A stretch of DNA of 64,000 nt from a bacterium (GTDB lineage Bacteria > Pseudomonadota > Alphaproteobacteria > Rs-D84). The translations under genes and the position numbers were made by a program. Numbering within the stretch: position 1 is the first letter of the stretch; each line of letters opens with the position of its first letter. This document shows, one piece after another, positions 39,889 to 49,406 of the stretch. The stretch is taken from positions 5,995 through 69,994 of the forward strand of contig JAAVBP010000009.1 of the NCBI GenBank assembly GCA_014803525.1, in the 5' to 3' direction. Below the pieces are notes generated by a model, which was not told the DNA's origin, searched no databases, and was given only the letters and a program-made list of their open reading frames with translations.

Positions 39889-40953
39889 ATGTCAACAACA
39901 GGTTTTTATGCCGGCAGTTTTAATCCGTTTACACGTGGCCATATGGAGGTTGCCGCCCGCGCACTGGAGCATGTAGACCGCCTGATTATCGGCGTTGGTG
40001 TAAACCCGGCCAAGCCCGCACATGCCGCAGGCACCGACGCAATCATCGGCTCTATCAAAAACTGTGTTGAGTCATATAGATTCTCTGACATAATTCGTGA
40101 TGCGCCTGGCGTACGCGCAAACCTGGCAGCAAAATATATAGAAGATCCGGATATTATTCGGGTTGTGGAATACACAGGATCAACCGTTGACGCCGCATAT
40201 AACATGGGATGCCAGTACTTGGTTCGCGGCGTGCGCGCCACTGGCGGCGATAAGGTATATGAGCAGAATCTGGAAACAATAAACCAGCTGTTGTGCGATA
40301 CAAAAAAATATGATTTAAAAAACATAATTATTTCAACCGAGGTAAAAGATGCCCATCTTAGCTCTTCTAATGCGCGCGCATTAGCCGCATGTGGTGAGTT
40401 TGAGGCACTGAAATCAATATGCTATCCATGTGCGGTGGAACATATGGCCACAAATTACCTGCGCGCCAAAGGGTTGCAGCCAATGCCATCGGACGGCTAT
40501 CACAACAACACCCATGTCGCATGCATGATAAATTGGATAAATGCCGCCGGCGGTAAAAACATGGACTTTGCAGCGTCTGTACACGACGCGGCCCCATTGC
40601 CCGCATTGGTAGAAAAACATCCAGATATTGCGAATTTGATACTGGCGACCGACCACACTGGCGAATGTGATATAAAGTGCACCTGGGACGACGATGCCAA
40701 ATTGTTCCACGATGCGGATTTATCCATTTTATTCAGCCGACATTACGGATGGTACGCATACCAGGTATTCTGTGAATACAAAGACAGATTTTCAATTCCC
40801 GAATATGCAAACGGCCGCATTCAGGTCTTAAACAAACTGTTACAGACCGAATACAAAACAGACTATTTCAAAAGGTTTCAAGCCGACGCAATTCGCAATA
40901 TAAATTGGGAAATCGCATATTGGCGCAAACGATTGACACAGTGTTCGCGTTAA
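39889..40953 (+). CDS. Cytidylyltransferase-fold (CoaD/PPAT-like) protein fused to a ~170-aa C-terminal domain of unknown function
   Basis: N-terminal GSFNPFTRGHMEV (the T/HxGH nucleotidyltransferase motif). YLVRGVRATGGDKVYEQNL resembles the CoaD LIRGLR..DFEYE block. The C-terminal part carries His/Asp clusters (YHNNTHVACM, SVHDAAP, ATDHTGE, FHDADLS). The start is moved to MSTTGF. Confidence 0.6.
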   Translation: MSTTGFYAGSFNPFTRGHMEVAARALEHVDRLIIGVGVNPAKPAHAAGTDAIIGSIKNCVESYRFSDIIRDAPGVRANLAAKYIEDPDIIRVVEYTGSTVDAAYNMGCQYLVRGVRATGGDKVYEQNLETINQLLCDTKKYDLKNIIISTEVKDAHLSSSNARALAACGEFEALKSICYPCAVEHMATNYLRAKGLQPMPSDGYHNNTHVACMINWINAAGGKNMDFAASVHDAAPLPALVEKHPDIANLILATDHTGECDIKCTWDDDAKLFHDADLSILFSRHYGWYAYQVFCEYKDRFSIPEYANGRIQVLNKLLQTEYKTDYFKRFQADAIRNINWEIAYWRKRLTQCSR

Positions 40954-41043
40954 TAATCAGTTATCATACCACGTACGAACCAGTTTTCGCGGGCGGTTGA
41001 AGGGTGCCGACACCCACACGGATACCGGATGACGAGTAACGAA

Positions 41044-41069
41044 AAATCGCCCTTTCGGGCGATTTTTTG
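41044..41069. terminator. Bidirectional terminator-like hairpin (AAAATCGCCCTTTCGGGCGATTTTTT)
   Basis: 7-bp GC stem flanked by A and T runs, between convergent genes. Confidence 0.5.
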
Positions 41070-41078
41070 TAAATCAAT

Positions 41079-41150
41079 TAGAATGATGCAGATATGAGAA
41101 ATCCCGGCAACGTAGTGTACAAGACGTACATGAGTTGCCGGGATTGCGCA
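41079..41150. repeat. Hairpin repeat element H (copy 1): 11-bp stem ATCCCGGCAAC/GTTGCCGGGAT around the conserved loop GTACAAGACGTACATGAG
   Basis: Shares the 18-nt loop core and a TTAGAATGA leader with 53573..53670, while the stems differ but remain complementary. Confidence 0.5.
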
Positions 41151-41172
41151 TAGATGCGTTATTATAATCGAT

Positions 41173-44100
41173 TTACCCTTCGCCGTTGCGCTTCTTTTCT
41201 GGCATATCATGCATCGCAAACTGTGCCAGATATTTTTTCAGCTCAGTCTTGTACTGATTATTCGCCTTGGCCATTTCAACCAGCATGTCAAAGTGCGGAT
41301 TGTTTGCGCTGGCGGCCTTGAAACGCGATTCTGTTTTCAAGAAATCTTCCAATGCCACCGTCGTTGCAGTCGGCGAATCCATCATCAGCGGGTTTTCGCC
41401 CTGCTCTACGCGTCGTGGGTCAAAACGATACAGCGGCCACGCCCCGGTGTTTACCATGTCGGCCTGATGTTGCGGTCCATTCTGCAATGCGTATCCGTGT
41501 GCAATACACGGCGCATATGCCAGGATGATTGATGGACCGGGATAGCTTTCTGCCTCACGAAAGGCTTTTATTGCCTGGGCCTGGTTTGCACCCATGGCGA
41601 TTTGTGCCACATATGCACCAGACATCATCGCAATCATGCCCAAATCTTTTTTCGCATGTTCTTTACCGCCGATGGCGAACTTCATACTGGCGCCGAACGG
41701 TGTAGATTTGGACTGTTGCCCACCGGTATTCGAATACCCCTCGGTATCCAGAACCAGGATATTCACATTTTCACCGCTGTGCAGAATATGATCCAAACCG
41801 CCATAACCGATGTCATACGCCCAACCGTCACCACCGATAATCCATACAGATTTATCAACGATTTCGCCAATCAAGCTCTCGGCAAGTCTCGCACGTGGCC
41901 CATCGATTTTAGCCAGTTTTCCGCGCAGTTCATCCGCGGCCACGCGCGCGTCACTACCGGTCTTATCAAACAATTCTTCGACATTTTCAAAGCCCAGTTC
42001 GAACAATAATGATTTCAGCGTGTCGCGTTTCTGATTCAGCGCAAGGCGCATCCCCAAACCGTATTCCGCATTATCTTCGAACAATGAATTAGACCATGCC
42101 GGCCCACGACCATTTGCATCCGTTGTCCACGGTGTTGTCGGCAAATTCGCACCATAGATAGATGAACAACCCGTCGCATTCGCAACAACCATGCGGTCAC
42201 CGAATAATTGCGCCAGCATACGAACGTACGGCGTTTCGCCACACCCCGCACATGCGCCCGGGAACTCGAAATAGTTTGGCAATAATTCCAAATGTTTTGG
42301 AATATTCAGATTTAATTTTTCGCGCGGGAATTCCGGGAATTTTTCGGCCGCATCGAACTGCGCCTGTTCGCGCATACCAACCTCAGCCGCCGCCTTTAAT
42401 GACAATGCCTTTACCGGGCAATTATTCACACAGATATTGCACCCTGTGCAATCCGCCGCAGAAATATTCAGCGTAAAGTACATATCCGGCCCCAGTTCTG
42501 GCGTCTTCATCGGAACGACAATGATACCTTCCTTGCGGGCGGCATCGGCCTGCTCTGCTGTCAAGGCCTTGATACGAATAACCGCATGCGGACACAGCAT
42601 TGCGCATTTTCCACACTGGATACATTTATCCAAATCGCACGCAGCAACCATGTCGGATACGGCACGTTTTTCATACTTCGATGTGCCAACCGGATACTGA
42701 CCACCACCAAAAGCGCCATCTACACGGAAACGTGATACCGGTATTGCGTCACCACGCTGCGCGGCAATCTCGCCAAGTGTCCCCGCGATTTCCGCCGGCG
42801 CATTGTGTGTCATCGCCGGGACAAAGTCTGGCGCATTTTCATCAATCGATGATGGCAGGTTTACCTTCTGCAAGAATTCGGACGCCCTGTCAACCGCAGC
42901 CCAATTGGCCTGAACGATTTCCATACCCTTTTTCTTATATGTTTTTTCAATTGCAACCTTGGCCGCATCCGCCGCGACAGATGGGTCAATCACATGCGTC
43001 AAATTAAAGAAGTTCAGCATGATGAATGTGTTAATACGATTCCCCAGTCCCAATTCACGCGCCGCACGGTTCGCATCCAATACGTAAACATTTGCACGCA
43101 TACGTATCAAGTGCTCCTGGGCATCACGTGGCAGGCTTGCAAATGCTGCGCTTGGGGTCATGGACGTATTAATCATGACCGTACCGCCCGCGCGCAACCC
43201 CTTAAACACATCAAAACGTTGCGCAATCATAAAGTTTGAAACGCTGATGAAATCCGCGACTTCAATCAAGTACTGACTTTTAATCGGGCTGTCCGAAAAA
43301 CGAATATGCGACGCCGTAAGTCCCCCCGACTTCTTCGAATCGTATACCGCATAAGACTGGGGATATAAATCAGAATTTTCGCCAACGATTTTCACGATAT
43401 TTTTAACCGCGCCAACCGTACCATCCGAACCAATACCATACAGAATGGCCGTTTTGAAATTCGGATCTTCGACCGCGAATGCCGGGTCTGTTTTCAAAGA
43501 CAAGTTCGTCAAATCATCGTCAATACCAACCGTGAAATTATGTTTCAAAGTATCACGCATCAGGTTTTCATACACCGCCTTGACATCGCGCGGTTTAAAT
43601 TCCTTGGACCCCAGGCCATAACGCCCACCAAACACTGCCGCCGCGTCACCGACAACAGTCTTGACATCTTGGTACAGCGGTTCGCCAAGTGCGCCTGGTT
43701 CCTTGGTACGGTCCAGCACCGCAATACGCTTTACCGATTTCGGCAATGCCGCCAAGAAAGCGTCGCGCGGGAACGGGCGATACAAATGAATTTTCAGCAG
43801 CCCCAGTCCCTTTGGCAAATGCGCCAGTGTTTCCTCTATCGTTTCGCACGCGCTGCCCATTGCGACGATAACATTTTCAGCATTTAGGTCACCAACATAG
43901 TCAACCAAGTTGTACGCACGACCAGTGAGCTGGGCAAACTTATCCATACATTCCTGCACGATTTCAGGTGTTTTATCATACAGCGGATTTGCAGCCTCGC
44001 GCCCCTGGAAATAAACGTCCGGATTCTGGGCCGTACCACGAATTGTCGGCCGATCCGGGGTCATACCACGGGCCCGATTTTCAAGAACGAGTGCATCCGG

Positions 44101-44679
44101 GATCATTTCATGCAGCACTTCGTCTGGCACGCGCGTTAAACGCGATTCTTCGTGACTGGTACGGAACCCGTCGAAGAAATGCAGGAACGGAACACGACTG
44201 CGCAGTGTTGCCGCGTGTGCAATCGCGGCCATGTCGGATGCCTGTTGCACATTGTGACTGGACAATAACGCAAATCCCGTCTGGCGCACAGCCATAACGT
44301 CACTGTGGTCGCCAAAGATTGACAACGCATGCGTCGCAAGTGCGCGCGCCGCAACGTGCATAACGAACGGCGTCTGTTCACCGGCGATTTTATACATATT
44401 CGGAATCATCAGCAACAGGCCTTGGGACGCAGTAAACGTGGTCGCGAGCGCCCCCATCTGCAACGCACCGTGCATCGCACCGGCGGCACCTGCCTCGGAC
44501 TGCATTTCAATTATCTGTGGGATTGCACCCCATATATTCTTTTTATGTTGAAACGACCATTCATCCGCCAGTTCGCCCATCGTACTGCTGGGCGTAATTG
44601 GATAAATTGCCGCGAAATCCACACATCTGTATGCGACGTCGGCCGCCGCCCAGTTTCCATCAACTATCAATTTTGACAT
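41173..44679 (-). CDS. nifJ: Pyruvate:ferredoxin (flavodoxin) oxidoreductase, single-chain PFOR
   Basis: 1168 aa. N-terminal PFOR domain I (VDGNWAAADVAYRCVDFAAIYPITPSS). Two 4Fe-4S ferredoxin motifs (CIQCGKCAMLCP, CTGCNICVNNCP). TPP-binding GGDGWAYDIGYGGLDH. Confidence 0.9.
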   Translation of the reverse strand: MSKLIVDGNWAAADVAYRCVDFAAIYPITPSSTMGELADEWSFQHKKNIWGAIPQIIEMQSEAGAAGAMHGALQMGALATTFTASQGLLLMIPNMYKIAGEQTPFVMHVAARALATHALSIFGDHSDVMAVRQTGFALLSSHNVQQASDMAAIAHAATLRSRVPFLHFFDGFRTSHEESRLTRVPDEVLHEMIPDALVLENRARGMTPDRPTIRGTAQNPDVYFQGREAANPLYDKTPEIVQECMDKFAQLTGRAYNLVDYVGDLNAENVIVAMGSACETIEETLAHLPKGLGLLKIHLYRPFPRDAFLAALPKSVKRIAVLDRTKEPGALGEPLYQDVKTVVGDAAAVFGGRYGLGSKEFKPRDVKAVYENLMRDTLKHNFTVGIDDDLTNLSLKTDPAFAVEDPNFKTAILYGIGSDGTVGAVKNIVKIVGENSDLYPQSYAVYDSKKSGGLTASHIRFSDSPIKSQYLIEVADFISVSNFMIAQRFDVFKGLRAGGTVMINTSMTPSAAFASLPRDAQEHLIRMRANVYVLDANRAARELGLGNRINTFIMLNFFNLTHVIDPSVAADAAKVAIEKTYKKKGMEIVQANWAAVDRASEFLQKVNLPSSIDENAPDFVPAMTHNAPAEIAGTLGEIAAQRGDAIPVSRFRVDGAFGGGQYPVGTSKYEKRAVSDMVAACDLDKCIQCGKCAMLCPHAVIRIKALTAEQADAARKEGIIVVPMKTPELGPDMYFTLNISAADCTGCNICVNNCPVKALSLKAAAEVGMREQAQFDAAEKFPEFPREKLNLNIPKHLELLPNYFEFPGACAGCGETPYVRMLAQLFGDRMVVANATGCSSIYGANLPTTPWTTDANGRGPAWSNSLFEDNAEYGLGMRLALNQKRDTLKSLLFELGFENVEELFDKTGSDARVAADELRGKLAKIDGPRARLAESLIGEIVDKSVWIIGGDGWAYDIGYGGLDHILHSGENVNILVLDTEGYSNTGGQQSKSTPFGASMKFAIGGKEHAKKDLGMIAMMSGAYVAQIAMGANQAQAIKAFREAESYPGPSIILAYAPCIAHGYALQNGPQHQADMVNTGAWPLYRFDPRRVEQGENPLMMDSPTATTVALEDFLKTESRFKAASANNPHFDMLVEMAKANNQYKTELKKYLAQFAMHDMPEKKRNGEG

Positions 44680-44746
44680 GTCATATTTCCTTGGTAACCA
44701 ATATTGTACACTTGCGAAATGATACCCCTAAAATACCATTAAGGCA

Positions 44747-44776
44747 AGTGAATTAAAACAGGGGCAAATGCCCCCA
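44747..44776 (-). terminator. Intrinsic terminator for ctpA (GGGGGCATTTGCCCC plus T-run on the minus strand)
   Basis: Located 5 nt after the ctpA stop. Confidence 0.6.
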
Positions 44777-44780
44777 TTTT

Positions 44781-46232
44781 TTATTTCTGTTTTTTATCCG
44801 TATCAGACTTTTCCGCACGGATGTCGGTCTGCGGCAGGCTTTGCGTTTCCGTGCCAACCGGCATGTTCGGATCAGCCGGCGCGGCCACAGCACGACGCTG
44901 AATTTTATCCAATGCACGCACCATATCCATAGCGCGCTGTAACTGATAATCCATCGCATCTTTCTCTGCATCCGTCAGTTCTTGGTCCGCATCACCATCT
45001 TTATCTTTGTCTTTCTTATCGGCTTTCTTTTTGGCCGCATCGTTTTTCAAAGAATTTTTGAACGACGCCTCAGAGTACAGGCTCTCTTTCTTTTCCAGAA
45101 CCTCTATCTTGCTCTGCAGGACTTCGATATCTGGCGTAATCCCTTCGTTCTGAATAGAATGACCCGACGGCGTATAGTAACGCGCAATTGTGATATGTAT
45201 CGCCGTTCCATCCCCCAGGGGCTTTTGCTGTTGCACGCTGCCCTTGCCAAAGGATTGGGATCCCATAATCAGCGCACGCCCGTTATCCTGCAACGCGCCG
45301 GCCACAATCTCTGACGCAGATGCCGATCCATGATTAATCAGAACAACAACCGGCTTACCCCCCGTCAGATCACCTGGCGTTGCATACGCACGGTCAATGT
45401 CATTTTTCTCTTTGCCACGGGTCGATACAATTTCACCCCCGTCCAAGAATGCATCCGATACCTCTATTGCGGCGGTCAGATATCCGCCCGGATTATTACG
45501 CACATCCAAAACATAACCTATAACGTCTTTCTTTTCCAAAGCATCGATCGCCTCTTTCAATTCTTTGGTTGTTGTCGCACCAAAGTCCGAGATTCGGATA
45601 TATCCGATTTTTGCCGGATTTTCCGAATCATCATCCGCCAATGTTTTATCCTCAAACTTTACCGACTTTACCTTAATAATCGCACGCTTTAACGTAATAT
45701 CACGCGGTTCTTCACCATCAGATATAACCTTTAATTTAACTTTAGTTCCCGGGCGCCCCTTCATTTTTTGTGTCGCCTGGTTCAGGGTCAAATCAAACAC
45801 CTGTTCATCATCAATATGCGTGATGTAATCGCCGGCCTTGATCCCGGCATGCGCCGCCGGCGTATCGTCAATCGGCGCAATAACACGAACCGCACCACGA
45901 TCACTGGTAATCTGAATGCCCAAGCCCCCAAATTCACCATGCGATTTATCGTTAAAGTCTTTGAAATCATCCTTGGATAAATATGAAGAATGCGGATCCA
46001 GCGCACCCAGCATACCACTCATTGCGCCTTCTAACATCTTTTTCTCGTCTGCTTCTTCAACAAAGCTATCTCGTGCAACCTCAAACACCAGGGCCAGTTT
46101 TTTCAGCTCTTCATAAATCTGCTCATCTGTTAAATGAACAACCGGTTCTTCTTTTTTCTTTTTTACATCCGGCGCACAAAAGCCCGCAACCGGAACAATT
46201 ACAGCCAATAAAACCAGCAATTTCTTAAACAT
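44781..46232 (-). CDS. ctpA: Carboxy-terminal processing peptidase (S41 family, PDZ-containing)
   Basis: Signal peptide, PDZ domain (GLGIQI...DDTPAAHAGIKAGDYI), S41 catalytic region (GYIRISDF...GGYLTAA, SASASEI) and a long acidic tail. Confidence 0.85.
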   Translation of the reverse strand: MFKKLLVLLAVIVPVAGFCAPDVKKKKEEPVVHLTDEQIYEELKKLALVFEVARDSFVEEADEKKMLEGAMSGMLGALDPHSSYLSKDDFKDFNDKSHGEFGGLGIQITSDRGAVRVIAPIDDTPAAHAGIKAGDYITHIDDEQVFDLTLNQATQKMKGRPGTKVKLKVISDGEEPRDITLKRAIIKVKSVKFEDKTLADDDSENPAKIGYIRISDFGATTTKELKEAIDALEKKDVIGYVLDVRNNPGGYLTAAIEVSDAFLDGGEIVSTRGKEKNDIDRAYATPGDLTGGKPVVVLINHGSASASEIVAGALQDNGRALIMGSQSFGKGSVQQQKPLGDGTAIHITIARYYTPSGHSIQNEGITPDIEVLQSKIEVLEKKESLYSEASFKNSLKNDAAKKKADKKDKDKDGDADQELTDAEKDAMDYQLQRAMDMVRALDKIQRRAVAAPADPNMPVGTETQSLPQTDIRAEKSDTDKKQK

Positions 46233-46443
46233 AGCCCTTCCTTACATTTTCCCTGTGCGCAACCACACAAATACACCCTGGGCACAATCATAGAACAAAA
46301 CACAAAATGCTGCAAGCATGTTTTTCACCAAACCACTTGACAAAATCGCATTTTTGAACTATATAATTAATACTATAAATATACGATTTATGACGTACCC
46401 AAATCAAACTTTGGATTGGGCAGAAAAATTAAGGGGGGCTAAT

Positions 46444-47178
46444 ATGACAAAATCATCAAAAAAACCGAGAATTAAAAACAGAATCGAAAAAAATAAAGAA
46501 ATTATTACCAATATGTTAAGCGGCGGCGATACTGTTAAGCGATTAAACAATGTCAATTGGATTCGTCATGAGCTATCATATACAGAACCGCGCACATTGT
46601 TCCAAATGCCGTCCAAAGAACAGGCGGCACATTTGGATTTCAATAATATGAAAAACATTGGAACCGCGTATGATTACATTATTGCCAACGCATCTCTACC
46701 GATTACAAGCAATGAAATATACAGAATCCACAGCATTCTGTGCGAAGGCACGAATATTATCGGCGGCATTCAGCGCACAACAAACAAAGTACTGCAATTA
46801 AGCGACAGCGGTTGCCGATTTCATGCGCCCGACCAGCGGGAAATTATGAGCCGCTTAAACGACATTGTATATCAGCTGAACAATCCGCAAACAGATACAT
46901 TAACACGTGCATTTGAAACGCACTATGAATTGATTGCACTGCAACCATTTGACGATTTCAACAAACGTACAGCCCGCCTTATCATGAACTGGATATTAAT
47001 CCAGGGTGGATACCGTCCCATTATCTTTAACAAGCGCACAGACAAACAAAAGTACATTGCTGCAATTGCCGCAATGAACAACGGAGATCGGAAAAGCTAT
47101 ACCACATATATGAATCAAATGCTGGTGCGGTCACAAGACGACATTATCAAACAGTTGAACAAGTCAAAAATAAAGTAA
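46444..47178 (+). CDS. Fic/DOC family protein with a degenerate Fic motif
   Basis: The motif region reads ALQPFDDFNKRTAR. The canonical motif is HPFx[DE]GNGRxxR. His is replaced by Gln and the Gly-Asn-Gly core reads Phe-Asn-Lys. AAGGGGGG ribosome-binding site before ATG (MTKSSKK). Confidence 0.6.
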   Translation: MTKSSKKPRIKNRIEKNKEIITNMLSGGDTVKRLNNVNWIRHELSYTEPRTLFQMPSKEQAAHLDFNNMKNIGTAYDYIIANASLPITSNEIYRIHSILCEGTNIIGGIQRTTNKVLQLSDSGCRFHAPDQREIMSRLNDIVYQLNNPQTDTLTRAFETHYELIALQPFDDFNKRTARLIMNWILIQGGYRPIIFNKRTDKQKYIAAIAAMNNGDRKSYTTYMNQMLVRSQDDIIKQLNKSKIK

Positions 47179-47184
47179 AAAGAA

Positions 47185-47215
47185 ACATCCCCCGATTTTT
47201 CGGGGGATGTTTATA
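47185..47215. terminator. Bidirectional intrinsic terminator (CATCCCCCGATTTTTCGGGGGATG)
   Basis: 8-bp stem between the convergent Fic and kinase genes. Confidence 0.7.
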
Positions 47216-47231
47216 TACACTATATCCTGTT

Positions 47232-48140
47232 TTATTTTTCCAATGCCTCTATCTCGCGCATGACGCCACGCATAAAGGCAACCTTGTCTTCGTTGTTTTT
47301 AACACTTTTTTCATTTGCCGGATTCACACGCAGGTCATCGGCCGCCTTAATAAACCGCCGCAACAACACCGTCATCAGGCGATATTTCATTATCTTTTTG
47401 ACTTCTTCACTGTCGGCATCTGGCATATCGAACAGGTCGGTATTGTGAATACTAGTGTATTCTTGGTATATACGCGCACCAACCCCCAATTGCATTGCCA
47501 CAGGTGAAAATATATCACGATAGATAAAGTGATAATCCGCCTCAGCAAAATCAATAAATGACAAACGACTGCGATCCGCATCATACAAAACATTTCCAGG
47601 ATTTAAATCACAATGTGACCATGCCGGACGCGTTGTATATTCAAACATTCCTATTTCATTGCGAACTCTGTCCATAAGGCGCATTTCATCATTTGAAAAC
47701 CAACGCGCCATTTTATTGTTTATAAAATTATCCAAGCGCGCAAACTTTATTTCATCCGAAATTTTATGTTTTTGCCAATCTTTGACTGGCCGCACCTCGT
47801 TCATATCGACCAGGAAATTCGCTATACTGATAACAATTTCCACCTTTTGACGACGGCTTAATTTTTCAAACAATTGGGCTGTCAAGGGCTCGCCAAACGC
47901 ACGTTCTTCCAAAATCTGATATTCGGCATCGTTTATGAACACCATTTGTGGAATATTATATACCGGATTTCCAACACCACGAATTATATCAATATTATCC
48001 TTGGTTTTGCGCTGTTTCGCCAACCATTGTTCGCGCGCCGCATCCCCCAGACGTGGCAACGGACGCTTTAATACATATTCACCATAATAAGAAACATAAG
48101 ATTCGCGGCCATGCGGCACTTTTTCAATGTTTTCAGTCAT
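47232..48140 (-). CDS. Phosphotransferase (APH/choline-kinase fold) family protein, catalytic motifs intact
   Basis: Catalytic loop SHCDLNPGNVLYD (HxDxxxxN) and IDFAEAD (DFG equivalent). Confidence 0.7.
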   Translation of the reverse strand: MTENIEKVPHGRESYVSYYGEYVLKRPLPRLGDAAREQWLAKQRKTKDNIDIIRGVGNPVYNIPQMVFINDAEYQILEERAFGEPLTAQLFEKLSRRQKVEIVISIANFLVDMNEVRPVKDWQKHKISDEIKFARLDNFINNKMARWFSNDEMRLMDRVRNEIGMFEYTTRPAWSHCDLNPGNVLYDADRSRLSFIDFAEADYHFIYRDIFSPVAMQLGVGARIYQEYTSIHNTDLFDMPDADSEEVKKIMKYRLMTVLLRRFIKAADDLRVNPANEKSVKNNEDKVAFMRGVMREIEALEK

Positions 48141-48156
48141 TTTTTACCTCCGAATA

Positions 48157-48258
48157 TATGCCTAATCCAAAGGACCGTTTTTGGTGGCATTTTTTATTCC
48201 CAGCACACGCCCAGAAATCAGCCAGTTTTTCATCACCGAATATGCCTAATCAAAACGG
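48157..48258 (-). promoter_or_regulatory. Two tandem copies of an ATATGCCTAATC(C/A)AAA...GGTGGC(A)TTT..ATT motif in the 5-prime region of the kinase gene
   Basis: Copy 1 is 48157..48174. Copy 2 is 48238..48258. A third copy at 52479..52497 lies 100 nt upstream of the 50824..52380 gene start. Confidence 0.35.
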
Positions 48259-48326
48259 TGGCTTTATTTCTGTGCAAATTCCCTGTTCATACAGATATAT
48301 TTATACAAAATAATCCCTTTGTCAAT

Positions 48327-49406
48327 CTATTGTTCCGGCTCTTTAAACAAGTTTGCCGGATCAACAGCTTTGTTACCGCGTCGCACTTCTAGATACATTT
48401 CCGGCTTAGACGCATCCATGCGCCCAATAGGCTCGCCCGCCAAAACATCCTGGCCGATGACAGCATCAATACGTCCTAAATTTGTCATAACGGTATTATA
48501 TCCATTTTTATGAGACATAATTATAACCTTGCCAAAACCTTTGAAATTATCGGCAAACTTAACCTCGCCATCGGCTGGCGCCATAACCAGCGCATCCCCG
48601 CGCGTGCGAATGCGCCACCCGTCTGAATTCAGCCCCAGGGCCGTCTTCTCGCCAAAGCGGACGGTTAACCGACCATGCACCGGCGTATTTAATTTTCTTT
48701 TTGAAAAACGCGCATCACCAGACATCTTGGAACTCCCCACCCCGGCAGACAGTTCGGAAATATTTTTCGCGCGCGCCGACAATTCACGCAATTTTTTTCG
48801 CACTGCCGCCTGTTGATTTTTTAATTTTTCATTTTGTGCCGCACGCTGGCGCAACAGTTTATCCAGTTGGGTCTTTTCGGCCACGTACTTTTTTGCCGTC
48901 CGATCCAGCTTTTCTTTTTCAATTGCACGCGCATCACGCGCAGCGGCCAACTCTTTTATCTGAACCTCGGCACGTTGCATTTCTTCGTCAAAGCGTATCG
49001 CCGCCCCCGACAGCACCGCCGATGTCAACGCATATTCATGCATGTCATCTGTATTGAAACTGGGGTGCGACGCAACGAACAAAACACTGGCCGCGGCATC
49101 GGCAATACGTTCCCGGTTCGCATCTATTTCCCGGCTTAAACTATCGATTTTCGAATCTAATTCCGTGATTTTTTTTGCAATTGCACCACGCTGTTCTTCC
49201 AGCGTGCTAACCTGGTCGGCGGCCCGAACCAGTTTCTTTTTTGTTGCCTCTACATCACGTTCTGACGACTTTACCTGTTGGCTTAATTTTTTATCCTGCT
49301 GTTCTGTCTGCTTGATCTGGGCATTAATTTTAGCAAGCTCGCTGGCCCCATGGGCCGGTGCGGCCAATGTAATCGCCATTGCAAAGATCAAGAACACGCG
49401 ACGCAT
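48327..49406 (-). CDS. EnvC-like murein hydrolase activator (coiled coil plus degenerate M23/LytM domain)
   Basis: Signal peptide, ~220 aa of coiled coil, then a C-terminal LytM-like domain (GWRIRTRGDALVMAPADGEV...VIIMSHKNGYNTV). Confidence 0.75.
   Translation of the reverse strand: MRRVFLIFAMAITLAAPAHGASELAKINAQIKQTEQQDKKLSQQVKSSERDVEATKKKLVRAADQVSTLEEQRGAIAKKITELDSKIDSLSREIDANRERIADAAASVLFVASHPSFNTDDMHEYALTSAVLSGAAIRFDEEMQRAEVQIKELAAARDARAIEKEKLDRTAKKYVAEKTQLDKLLRQRAAQNEKLKNQQAAVRKKLRELSARAKNISELSAGVGSSKMSGDARFSKRKLNTPVHGRLTVRFGEKTALGLNSDGWRIRTRGDALVMAPADGEVKFADNFKGFGKVIIMSHKNGYNTVMTNLGRIDAVIGQDVLAGEPIGRMDASKPEMYLEVRRGNKAVDPANLFKEPEQ

Noticed and set aside
41209-44676. Numerous plus-strand ORFs of 60..135 aa within the PFOR locus
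   Set aside because: They are antisense to a 1168-aa protein with all PFOR motifs.
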